From the NCBI GenBank assembly GCA_027013145.1, contig JALUXX010000016.1:254183-318182 (forward strand): a DNA stretch of 64,000 nt, in the 5' to 3' direction. Of this stretch, positions 1-7,962 are shown piece after piece. The stretch comes from Gammaproteobacteria bacterium. GTDB lineage: Bacteria; Pseudomonadota; Gammaproteobacteria; 21-64-14. The first letter of the stretch is position 1. Each line of letters starts with the position of its first letter. The position numbers and the translations under genes are program-made. Below the pieces are notes generated by a model. That model saw only the letters and a list, made by a program, of their open reading frames with translations, had not been told where the DNA came from and made no database searches.

Positions 1-128
1 GCGAGATCTACGACTTCCTCGACGGCATCACGATCGGGGCGTTCCTCGAACAGCCGGCCGTGCAGGAGCGCATCGCGCGCTCGCGGCTGCGCGAGGCCCG
101 CGACCTCGGGCGTCGTTCCGCGGCCTGA
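1..128 (+). CDS. 3' end of an unidentified CDS (partial, runs off the left edge)
   Basis: Open frame from nt 3: EIYDFLDGITIGAFLEQPAVQERIARSRLREARDLGRRSAA, ending at TGA 126-128. Third positions are G/C-rich. 41 aa is too short to assign a family. Convergent with the gene ending at 145. Confidence 0.3.
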   Translation, partial: EIYDFLDGITIGAFLEQPAVQERIARSRLREARDLGRRSAA

Positions 129-144
129 GGCGCGCGGCCCCCGG

Positions 145-825
145 CTAGGCGGGGCAGCTACCGATGCGCAGGCCGGCGGTGAGCGCGCGCAGTTCCGGGT
201 GTGCGGCGAGGCGCTCGAGGTCCTCCGGCCGGTCCAGGTCCCAGGTCCGAGGCAGTTCGTGCACGCGCAGCCCCAGCGCGGCGGCGCGCGCGCGCGTCGC
301 TGCCAGCACCATCTGACTTCCCCACGGAACTCCGTCGAACACCTCGGGGACGGCGGTGCGCACGCCCACGAGCGTGTAGCCGCCGTCGACCGCGGGCTCG
401 AGTACCAGCCGGGCGCCTGCGCGCAGCCGCGCGGCGGCCGCGCGCAGGGCCTGCGCGGTCCGCGCCGGGCAGTCGGTCCCGATGAGGATCGCGCTGCCGG
501 CCCCGGCGCCGAGGGCGCAGCCGAGCGCGTGGCGCATGCGCGCGCCGAGATCCCCCTCGGACTGGCGGCGCAGTACCAGTCCGTAGCGGCGCCGGCACCA
601 GGCGAAAAAGGGGTGCCCGGGGTCGGACGCGCACCACAGTTCGACTGGTCCCGCCGCCGCCGCGGCGGCGCGCTCCAGGGTGAGGCCGACCAGACGGACG
701 TAGAGCCGTGCGGCGCCGCGCGCGCCCAGCGCCGGGATCAGGCGCGTCTTGACCGCGCCGGTCGCCGGGGCGCGGGCGAACACCTGTACGACGCAGTCGG
801 TCGCCCGGTAGCCTGGCGCGGTCAC
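145..825 (-). CDS. DUF2064 / rSAM-selenodomain-associated transferase 1 type protein (TIGR04282-like, from memory)
   Basis: Only the last 226 codons of the 612-aa track ORF are used. The GTG start at 823-825 overlaps the upstream stop TGA 822-824, giving a GTGA junction. Motifs FARAPxxGxVKTRL and ILIGTDCP are typical of the DUF2064 nucleotidyl-transferase-like fold. Confidence 0.8.
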   Translation of the reverse strand: MTAPGYRATDCVVQVFARAPATGAVKTRLIPALGARGAARLYVRLVGLTLERAAAAAAGPVELWCASDPGHPFFAWCRRRYGLVLRRQSEGDLGARMRHALGCALGAGAGSAILIGTDCPARTAQALRAAAARLRAGARLVLEPAVDGGYTLVGVRTAVPEVFDGVPWGSQMVLAATRARAAALGLRVHELPRTWDLDRPEDLERLAAHPELRALTAGLRIGSCPA

Positions 826-1529
826 GACGGCGTCCGGACTTGCGGGTGATCCGGATAGTAGCGGGCGGCGAGGTGCGCGGGGTCGGCGCCCAGGGCGTAG
901 GCGAGGCGCAGCCGCCACATCAGTACGATCGTGCGGGCGACCCCGTCGCGTTCCCAGCGCCGTGCCGAGACCATCACCCGCTCGCGCAGGCACAGCGGCG
1001 GACCACGACGCTTGAGCCGGCGCGAGAGTTCGATGTCCTCCATCAGCGGCTGTTCGACATAGCCGCCGAGCGCCCGGAACCAGTCGCGGCGTACGAACAG
1101 CGCCTGATCGCCGGTGGCGATGCCGCTGAGACGCGAGCGGGCGTTCATCAGTGCCGCGATCACCGGCAGGAACGGATGACGTCCGGCGAGGCGAACGTCG
1201 AAACGGCCCCAGCCGCGCCCGCTGCGCTCGAGCCCGTCGAGGACCGCCTCCATCGCGCCGGGGGGCAGAACTACGTCGGCGTGCAGGAAGAGCAATACGG
1301 GGGCGCGCGCGGCGCGCGCCCCGGCGTTCATCTGCACGGCGCGCCCGCGTGCGCAACGCAGTACGCGATCGGCCAGCGGCGTCGCGCGCGCAACCGTATC
1401 GTCCGTGCTCCCGCCGTCGGCGACGAGGACCTCCACGCCGGCGGCGCGCGCAGCCTGCAGCGGCGCGAGCGTGCCGGTGACGGCGCCGGCCTCGTTCCAG
1501 GTGGGGACGATGACCGACAGGCGCGGCAC
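822..1529 (-). CDS. Family 2 glycosyltransferase, rSAM-selenodomain-associated transferase 2 type (TIGR04283-like, from memory)
   Basis: 235 aa with a GTG start. The N-terminus (V)PRLSVIVPTWNEA...LVADGGSTDDT is a classic GT-A/GT2 signature. It sits 3 nt downstream of the arsM-type gene. Confidence 0.8.
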   Translation of the reverse strand: MPRLSVIVPTWNEAGAVTGTLAPLQAARAAGVEVLVADGGSTDDTVARATPLADRVLRCARGRAVQMNAGARAARAPVLLFLHADVVLPPGAMEAVLDGLERSGRGWGRFDVRLAGRHPFLPVIAALMNARSRLSGIATGDQALFVRRDWFRALGGYVEQPLMEDIELSRRLKRRGPPLCLRERVMVSARRWERDGVARTIVLMWRLRLAYALGADPAHLAARYYPDHPQVRTPS

Positions 1530-1532
1530 GGT

Positions 1533-2651
1533 TCAGCAGCAGCGGCCGCCGCCGCCCGCCGCGTGGGTGCCGCCCTTGGTCTCGGCGGCGGGCCGGCGGG
1601 TGCCGGCGGGTGCGCACCAGGGCACCGGGTCGCGCGGCTCGGCGGGGCTGACGCCGATGAAGTCGGCGCTCAGCGGACCGGTGGTCAGGAAGCGGTAGGT
1701 ACGCTCGCACACGGCCATGCGCACGCCGCGTGGATAAACGTGCCCCTCGTCGTCGGTCACGGAGGCATACGGGCCGCGATAGAGCACGGCGTGCCCGAGG
1801 TCCAGGCACGGCGCGGGGTCCGGTTTCACGGCGGTCAGCGTGACGGAACGGAACTCGATGCCCTCGACCACCCGCCACGGCGCGGCGTCCCACTTGTCGT
1901 AGCGCACTGCGAGGAAGCCCGCTTCGGTGAAGGCGTTCAGAAAGGCCTCCTCGGTGAAGGCGCCCGAGATACATCCGCTCCACAGCTCCGGATCGCGCTT
2001 CAGCTCCTCCGGCACCGGTTCGTCGCTGACGATGTCGGAGATCGCCACGCGTCCGCCGGGGCGGAGTACACGGTGGATCTCGCGCGCGAGTCGGCCCTTG
2101 TCCTCCTCACGCACGAGGTTCAAGACGCAATTGGAGACCACCAGATCAACGGAGTCGTCGGCGATGGCGGGCGCCGCGCGCCGCTGCGCCTCCTGCCAGG
2201 CGAGCAGACGCTCGTGGTCGGCGGCGCTGCGTACGGGGTTTTCCGCGAGATGGGCGTCGAGCGCCTCGAGGTCGAGGGCGAGGTCCTGGATGTGCGCCTT
2301 GACGAAGCGCAGGCGGTCGCCGCCCAGGCGCTGTGCCATCTCGGGCTGGTATTTGCGCGCCAGGGCGAGCATGTCGTCGTTGACGTCCACGCCGATGACG
2401 CGCCCGGTCTCGCCGACGAGCTGCGCGGCGAGGTAGCAGATCTTCCCGGCGCCGCTGCCGAGATCCACGACCACGTCGCCCGGGCGCACGTAGCGCGACG
2501 GGTCCCCGCAGCCATAGTCTTTTTCCACGATCTCGGCCGGGAGCCGCGCCAACATCTGCGGATCGTAGCCGGGGGTGGGACAGCAGAGCGCCTCCTCCTT
2601 CTGCTGTGCCGCCTTCGAATAACGCTCACGTACACTGCTATCGACATCCAT
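1533..2651 (-). CDS. arsM: Arsenite S-adenosylmethionine methyltransferase, arsenosugar-cluster type
   Basis: 372 aa. Has the SAM-binding motif VVDLGSGAGK, paired Cys (CCP near the N-terminus, CGDP) and a C-terminal ...GRCC. A GGAGGA Shine-Dalgarno precedes the ATG. Adjacent to the arsS-type radical SAM gene. Confidence 0.8.
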   Translation of the reverse strand: MDVDSSVRERYSKAAQQKEEALCCPTPGYDPQMLARLPAEIVEKDYGCGDPSRYVRPGDVVVDLGSGAGKICYLAAQLVGETGRVIGVDVNDDMLALARKYQPEMAQRLGGDRLRFVKAHIQDLALDLEALDAHLAENPVRSAADHERLLAWQEAQRRAAPAIADDSVDLVVSNCVLNLVREEDKGRLAREIHRVLRPGGRVAISDIVSDEPVPEELKRDPELWSGCISGAFTEEAFLNAFTEAGFLAVRYDKWDAAPWRVVEGIEFRSVTLTAVKPDPAPCLDLGHAVLYRGPYASVTDDEGHVYPRGVRMAVCERTYRFLTTGPLSADFIGVSPAEPRDPVPWCAPAGTRRPAAETKGGTHAAGGGGRCC

Positions 2652-2681
2652 CGCTCGTTTCCTCCAGGATCGGCGCCGCCG

Positions 2682-3644
2682 TCAGCTCAGTGCACCGCCG
2701 CAGCTCGAGCCCTGTCCGGCGGTGCAGCCGAAACAGTGGTCGCGCACGACGATCGGATTGCCCGCGAGGTCCCGCCCGACCAGCTCGCGCAGGTGCGTGC
2801 GCCCGCGCCCGCCCAGCCGCAACGGCAGGTCCAGCATCTGGTTGAAGTCGCAGTCGTAGACGTAACCGCGCCAGTCTACGCTCAGGAGCGAACGGCACAT
2901 CACGCCTTCCAAATTGCGCTCCTCGTGGGCTTCCCGCAGGCGCGCCATGTACTCCTCGAACAGGCCCTTGGAGACCAGCGTGCTGCCGAAGCGCTGGATC
3001 GGCATATTCGCCAGCGTGTAGAGGCGGTTGAAGACTACACCGTGACGCTCGCGCAGGATGCGCTTGTAGTCGTTTTCCAGTGCGCACTGCGGCGGCGGCA
3101 GATCGGTGCCCTGCGGGTTGTAGACGAGATTCAGTTCGAGACCGCTATCGACCGCGCCGTAGCCTTCGCGGTTGAGGCGTTGGAGCGCGCGCACGCTCTT
3201 GGCGTAGACTCCCTTGCCGCGCTGGCGGTCGACGTTGTCCTCGAGATAGCACGGCAGCGAGGCGACGACCTCGACGCGGTGCCGGGCGAGGAAGGCGGCG
3301 AGGTCCTCCTGGCCCGGCTCCTCCAGGACCGTGAGATTGCAGCGGTCGATGACGTGCAGGCCGCGCGCGCGCGCCTGTTCGACCAGATAGCGGAAATTCG
3401 GGTTGAGTTCCGGCGCGCCGCCGGTGATGTCGAGCCGCGTCACCGCCGAGGCATCGAGAAAGGCGAGCACCTCGTCGACGGTGGCGCGCTCCATCGCCTC
3501 CGTACGGTTGGGGCCGGCGTTGACGTGACAGTGCAGGCAGGACTGATTGCAGCGGTACCCGACGTTGACCTGCAGGGTTTCGAGGCGCCCGCGCCGCAGG
3601 GCGGGGAAGTGCAGCGTCTCGAGCAGCGGCAGGGTGGCGTGCAT
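2682..3644 (-). CDS. arsS: Radical SAM / Cys-rich-domain protein, ArsS type (Cys rather than Sec version)
   Basis: 320 aa. Has the radical SAM cluster motif CNQSCLHC and the C-terminal Cys-rich tail HCFGCTAGQGSSCGGALS. The tail Cys is a TGC codon (2700-2702), not an in-frame TGA. Confidence 0.8.
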   Translation of the reverse strand: MHATLPLLETLHFPALRRGRLETLQVNVGYRCNQSCLHCHVNAGPNRTEAMERATVDEVLAFLDASAVTRLDITGGAPELNPNFRYLVEQARARGLHVIDRCNLTVLEEPGQEDLAAFLARHRVEVVASLPCYLEDNVDRQRGKGVYAKSVRALQRLNREGYGAVDSGLELNLVYNPQGTDLPPPQCALENDYKRILRERHGVVFNRLYTLANMPIQRFGSTLVSKGLFEEYMARLREAHEERNLEGVMCRSLLSVDWRGYVYDCDFNQMLDLPLRLGGRGRTHLRELVGRDLAGNPIVVRDHCFGCTAGQGSSCGGALS

Positions 3645-3728
3645 GCGGCGTCTCCGTTGGCCGGGTGGGTCGGACCCCCCCTTAGTCGCGCATCCGGACC
3701 GTTCCTTACACCGGCCTTCTTTGGGGGA

Positions 3729-4559
3729 TTATAGTGTCGGCGCGCCGCGGTTGAGCGGATAGGCGCCGGGGGCGCCGGTGGCGGGCAGCGCCAGCAGCCG
3801 CCCGAGGCCGGTCGGTGGGGGATCCTGGAACTGGGACAGGCCGATGGTCATGCCCTCGTGACCGGCCGCCGGTTGCGCGCGGTAGGTGCCGAACAGGCGG
3901 TCCCACCAGGGCAGATTGAAGCCGAAGTTGCTGTTGGTCTCGCGGGGGATGACGGAGTGGTGCACGCGGTGCATCTCGGGGGTGACGACAAAGGCGCGCA
4001 GGATGCGGTCCAGGCGCGCGGGCAGGCGCACGTTGCCGTGATTGAACAGCGCGGTGGCGTTGAGCAGGACCTCGAAGGCCACGACGGCGCCGGCCGGCGG
4101 CCCGAGGGCCGCCACCGCCGCCATCTTGAGGAGCATCGACAGTACGATCTCCACCGGATGGAAGCGCACGCCCGTCGTGGTGTCGAAATCGACGTCGGTG
4201 TGGTGCACCATGTGGATGCGCCACAGCACCGGCACCGCGTGGAACATCACGTGCTGCAGGTAGACGACGAGATCGAGGAGTACGACACCGAGGACGAAGG
4301 CCGCGGTTTCGGGAAGTGCGTGCCAGTGCAGCAGTCCCCAGCCGTGCGCGTCGGCGAGCAGCGCCACCGATACCGCCGCCCCGGGCAGCAGCAGGCGCAC
4401 GACCAAGGCGTCGATCAGCACCAGGCCGAGGTTCTCCGTCCAGCGCGCGCCGCGTGCGCGCCGGCGTCCGCGCCGCGGCGCGAACGCCTCCCATAGGGCC
4501 ATGAGCAACAGGATGCCGAGGAAGAATCCGGCCCGGATCACTGCGGTCTCGTCCGGCAT
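3729..4559 (-). CDS. Fatty acid hydroxylase / sterol desaturase family membrane di-iron enzyme
   Basis: Last 276 codons of the 497-aa track ORF, with ATG at 4557-4559. Histidine boxes HxxMH (HVMFH), HMVHH and HRVHH lie in a hydrophobic protein. Confidence 0.8.
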   Translation of the reverse strand: MPDETAVIRAGFFLGILLLMALWEAFAPRRGRRRARGARWTENLGLVLIDALVVRLLLPGAAVSVALLADAHGWGLLHWHALPETAAFVLGVVLLDLVVYLQHVMFHAVPVLWRIHMVHHTDVDFDTTTGVRFHPVEIVLSMLLKMAAVAALGPPAGAVVAFEVLLNATALFNHGNVRLPARLDRILRAFVVTPEMHRVHHSVIPRETNSNFGFNLPWWDRLFGTYRAQPAAGHEGMTIGLSQFQDPPPTGLGRLLALPATGAPGAYPLNRGAPTL

Positions 4560-4676
4560 GTCGATCGGGTCCTCCGCTTCGCACTCGGCGCCGCGGTTGT
4601 GTGTCCGTGTGCGAACCGCTAGGTTATACCACAACACGACGCCGAACCGGGCGCGGTGTGAAAGGGAGCGGTCACC

Positions 4677-5339
4677 GTGAGCGGGTCCGGCTTCAAGCCT
4701 CAGTTGTTCGATCAGTTCGCGCGCATCGGCAAGGCGCTCGGCAACGGCCGCCGCCTGGAGCTGCTCGAGCTGCTGGCGCAGGGTGAGCGCGGCGTGGAGG
4801 CCTTGGCGCAGGCCGCGCACCTCTCCATCGCCAACACCTCCCAGCACCTCCAGCAACTGCTCCAGGTCGGGCTGGTCTCCAACCGCCGCGAGGGACAGTC
4901 GGTACGCTACCGCCTGGCCGACGAACGGATCGTCGAGCTGATGGCGATCCTGCGCGCACTCGCCGAGCGCAGCCTGGCTGAGGTCGGCCGCCTCGTCGCG
5001 ACCTATCTGACCACCAAGGATGATCTCGAACCCGTCTCGGCCGAGGACCTGCGCCGGCGCATGCGCGCGCGCGACGTCGTCGTGCTCGACGTGCGCCCCG
5101 AGGAGGAATACCGCGCCGGACACCTGTCCGGCGCGCTCGGCGTGCCGCTTGCCGAACTGGAGCGGCGCCTGGCGGAGATTCCGGCCGATCGTGAGATCGT
5201 CGCCTACTGTCGCGGCCCCCACTGCATCCTGTCCTATGAGGCCGTCGCCCGGCTGCGCGCCGCGGGCCGCCAGGCGCGCCGCTACGAGGACGGCTTCCCC
5301 GAGTGGAAGCTCGCGGGCCTGCCGGTGGAGGAGGACTGA
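4677..5339 (+). CDS. ArsR/SmtB-family wHTH regulator fused to a rhodanese domain
   Basis: 220 aa with a GTG start. The N-terminal half (RRLELLELL...ALAQAAHLSIANTSQHLQQL) is an ArsR-type HTH. The C-terminal half has the rhodanese fold with active-site loop YCRGPHC. Divergent from the arsenosugar-type operon. Confidence 0.8.
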   Translation: MSGSGFKPQLFDQFARIGKALGNGRRLELLELLAQGERGVEALAQAAHLSIANTSQHLQQLLQVGLVSNRREGQSVRYRLADERIVELMAILRALAERSLAEVGRLVATYLTTKDDLEPVSAEDLRRRMRARDVVVLDVRPEEEYRAGHLSGALGVPLAELERRLAEIPADREIVAYCRGPHCILSYEAVARLRAAGRQARRYEDGFPEWKLAGLPVEED

Positions 5340-5438
5340 GGTCGGGGGGCGAGCGGATGTCTGTCCCCGCCGCTGCGGCGTGAATGGAGCGGCCTCCCGT
5401 CCCCGTGCCCCCGCGCGACGCCGCGAAGACGGGACGTC

Positions 5439-6650
5439 TCAGCCCGCTTCTTCGCGGCCCGGTTCCGGTGCCGGCTCCAGCTTCACGGTGTCGGGATCGG
5501 CGCGCGCGCGCCGTTGCGGCAGGGACGGGGCGATGCGGGCGAGCACGGCGCGGGCGGTGGCGCGAAAGGCGGTGAGCTTGCCGCCGTAGATGCTGAGCAC
5601 GCGCGGGCGCGCCTCCCGGTCTGGGTGCAGGCGCGTCTCGCGCGAGCGGCGGAAGGGGTCGTTGCGGTCGGCGGGCAGCACCCGCAACCCCGCGAACGCG
5701 TCGCGCACCGGCACGTCCCGCACCGTCCCGCGCGCGGGGAAGCGGCGGCACAGCGTCTCGAGCAGGTAATCGCGTTCGGCATCGAGTGCGTGCACCGCAT
5801 CGGGGTCGCCGCTGTACGGGGTCTCGGTGGTCCCGAGCAGCGCCTGTCCCTTCCACGGCATCAGGAACACGCCGCGATGATCGCGCGGGGACTCCAGATA
5901 ATACACCCCGCGCTGCGGCGCTCCCTCGAGGATCAGGTGCGCGCCCTGGACCAGGGTCAGCGGCAGGGCCGGGACCGCCGGGCGGATGCGCTCCAGGACC
6001 GCGTTGACCCACGGCCCCGCGGCGTTGACCAGTACGCGCGCGCGGCACTCGCGTTCGCTGTCCTGCGTGCGATAGCGCAGCGTGCAGCCGGCGGCGTCGA
6101 GTTCCGCACCGGTCAGCTCCGCCGGGATCGCCGCCCGCGCCCCGAGGCGCAGCGCCGCGGCGAGGACCGCGCGGGTGAGCGCGGCGTCGTCGGTCTGCGC
6201 GTCCCAGTAGCGGAATACCGCGCGCAGGCCGCGTGTGTCGAGCCCGTCGAGATCGCCCCAGGCGCGCCGCGGCACGGCGGCGAAGCGCGCGTCGGGGCCG
6301 AGGCCGGCGAGCAGCGCGTATAGACCGAGCCCGGCGCGGATGCGCGCGGGCCCGCGGGTGCCGTCCCGGTAGACCGGGAGATAGAAGGGGACCCGACGCA
6401 CCAGCTCCGGCGCCAGGCGCAGCAGCGCCGCACGTTCGTGCAGGCACTCATAGACCAGGTGCAGGGCGCCGGTCTCGAGGTAGCGCAGCCCGCCGTGGAT
6501 GAGTTTGCTCGAGCGCGACGAGGTCCCCGCGGCGACGGCGCTGCGTTCGAGGATCCGTACCGTGTAGCCCGCGGCGGCGGCGGCGAGGGCGACGCCGGCC
6601 CCGTGGATCCCGGCGCCGACGACGGCGACGTCGCAGTCCTCCGTGTTCAC
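5439..6650 (-). CDS. FAD-dependent glycerol-3-phosphate dehydrogenase/oxidase family protein
   Basis: Last 403 codons of the 583-aa track ORF. The GTG start 6648-6650 overlaps the upstream stop TGA 6647-6649. Has the dinucleotide fold DVAVVGAGIHGAG and the GlpD-like motif SSRSSKLIHGGLRYLE. Confidence 0.8.
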   Translation of the reverse strand: MNTEDCDVAVVGAGIHGAGVALAAAAAGYTVRILERSAVAAGTSSRSSKLIHGGLRYLETGALHLVYECLHERAALLRLAPELVRRVPFYLPVYRDGTRGPARIRAGLGLYALLAGLGPDARFAAVPRRAWGDLDGLDTRGLRAVFRYWDAQTDDAALTRAVLAAALRLGARAAIPAELTGAELDAAGCTLRYRTQDSERECRARVLVNAAGPWVNAVLERIRPAVPALPLTLVQGAHLILEGAPQRGVYYLESPRDHRGVFLMPWKGQALLGTTETPYSGDPDAVHALDAERDYLLETLCRRFPARGTVRDVPVRDAFAGLRVLPADRNDPFRRSRETRLHPDREARPRVLSIYGGKLTAFRATARAVLARIAPSLPQRRARADPDTVKLEPAPEPGREEAG

Positions 6651-7402
6651 CGCCGCGAACCGGCCAGCTCCGCCAGGAGTTCGCCGACCGCCATGGTCTC
6701 CACGAACCCGGCGCCGCGCGCGGCGAGTTCCCGTGCCAGCGCCGCGGTGGTCACCTCGTAGACGGCCCAGCGCCACGGCCCGGGCCACAGGCGACCGGGC
6801 CGAGTGAGGACGTCGCGGTGGTCGCAGAAGAGATAGGCGGGGGCGAGCGCCTGCGCGCGGTCGCGGTGCGCCGTGTCCAGGGTATCCAGGACCCAGCCGA
6901 TCGCCGCGGCCCCGGAGGCGCGGGCGCAACGCACCGCCTCCTCCGAGAACGAGATCGGCACGCAGTGCGCACGCGCGGGTTCGATCGCCGTGAGCACGGC
7001 GCGCACGGTCGCCTCCGTGCCGAAGCGTTCCAGGCTCTCCTCCTTGATCTCGACGAAGGCCGTGACCTGCGGGTGGCGCGCGAGCCGCGCCGCCACCGCG
7101 GCGAGGGTGGGGACGGGTTCGCCGGCGAAGCGGGTGCCGAAGCGCGCCGGTTCCCCCGCACCGAGGGCCTGCACCGCGGCCAGGTCCCATTCGGTCACGT
7201 CGCCGGGGCGGCCGGTGGTGCGGGCGAGGTCACGGTCGTGCAACAGCACCGGGACGCCGTCGCGCGTGAGCTGCACGTCGAACTCCACGTAGCGGGCCCC
7301 GGCGGCCAGGGCCGCCTCGATCGCCGCGAGTGTGTTCTCCGGATAGCGTGCGGCGTAGCCGCGGTGCGCGATGACCTCGGGGTCCGCCGGGGCGGCGTTC
7401 AT
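6647..7402 (-). CDS. Glycerophosphodiester phosphodiesterase (GDPD family)
   Basis: 251 aa. The N-terminal IAHRGYAARYPENTLAAIEAA...VEFDVQLTRDGVPVLLHD matches the GDPD catalytic signature. Confidence 0.8.
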   Translation of the reverse strand: MNAAPADPEVIAHRGYAARYPENTLAAIEAALAAGARYVEFDVQLTRDGVPVLLHDRDLARTTGRPGDVTEWDLAAVQALGAGEPARFGTRFAGEPVPTLAAVAARLARHPQVTAFVEIKEESLERFGTEATVRAVLTAIEPARAHCVPISFSEEAVRCARASGAAAIGWVLDTLDTAHRDRAQALAPAYLFCDHRDVLTRPGRLWPGPWRWAVYEVTTAALARELAARGAGFVETMAVGELLAELAGSRR

Positions 7403-7616
7403 GGTGCGCGGCCTGCGCGGTGCATGCGCCTCGGCGCCGCCCCTCCGGCAACGGTCCAGGGTGTCGGCGCCGGTGTCCCCCCTCCAGCCATCGTTCCATT
7501 TCCTTGTTGGGCCCTGACCGGACCCGGCGCCCCGCCACCGGGCGTAGGGATGCTACGCTGGGGCCTGGATACCGGCAAATCATAGCGTTACCGGCCGTCC
7601 GGCAAAACTGTCGGAA

Positions 7617-7748
7617 GATTTTACAGTGCCCGGGGCCGCCGGTCGCCGGTGACGGCCGCGAATGTCGCTGATTTACAGCAAAAAGCGCGTACACGCCTGA
7701 TTCGTAACCGCGACGATCGGCGGGCGCAGGTGTCAGCCGATTTGACAG
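7617..7748 (+). repeat. Three direct copies of a GATTT(T/G)ACAG-like motif in the AT-richer intergenic region
   Basis: gattttacag at 7617-7626, gatttacag at 7670-7678 and gatttgacag at 7739-7748, spaced 53 and 69 bp. They lie upstream of the wHTH-BTAD regulator gene. Confidence 0.3.
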
Positions 7749-7823
7749 TCAGATAACTGAGTATTCGCGGTCGCTCGGGTCGCTTAGCGCCAACCGTTGG
7801 ACGGGGCAGGACTTTTTTGGCAG

Positions 7824-7839
7824 TGGCATGAAACCTGCT
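7824..7839 (+). promoter_or_regulatory. Candidate sigma-54 (-24/-12) promoter
   Basis: TGGCATGAAACCTGCT has GG and GC at the spacing of the TGGCACG-N4-TTGCW consensus. It is flanked by T-runs and lies about 125 nt upstream of the ATG at 7963. No enhancer-binding protein gene is in the window. Confidence 0.25.
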
Positions 7840-7962
7840 GTTTTTTTGACGGACAACGGTATCTCGATGGCAGATGGGCTCGACTTCGAACCCTTCGGCC
7901 CGCTTCCGTCGCCGGCCGCTCCGGTGAGGAAGGGCCGGGGCGGGTCGGCTCGTGGGTGATCC

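Noticed and set aside
826-1983. N-terminal 386 residues of the 612-aa ORF 145-1983. The same applies to the upstream parts of ORFs 3729-5222, 5439-7190, 22027-24204, 23061-25895, 29420-30949, 34340-35506, 36554-37756 and 39165-41255.
   Set aside because: These are read-through extensions in an alternate frame of the upstream gene. The real starts are the coupled ATG/GTG codons at the stop of the preceding gene, after which family-typical N-termini begin.
2682-2720. Selenocysteine recoding in the ArsS C-terminal tail
   Set aside because: The position that is Sec in some family members is an ordinary TGC Cys codon (2700-2702). There is no in-frame TGA and no obvious SECIS-like hairpin.
840-3734. 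964-aa plus-strand ORF
   Set aside because: Antisense to the GT2, arsM and arsS genes. Low complexity.
145-5339. Classical arsenic resistance (ars) operon
   Set aside because: There is no arsB/acr3 efflux gene, arsC reductase or arsA ATPase. The gene set is the biosynthetic ArsS/ArsM/transferase combination instead.
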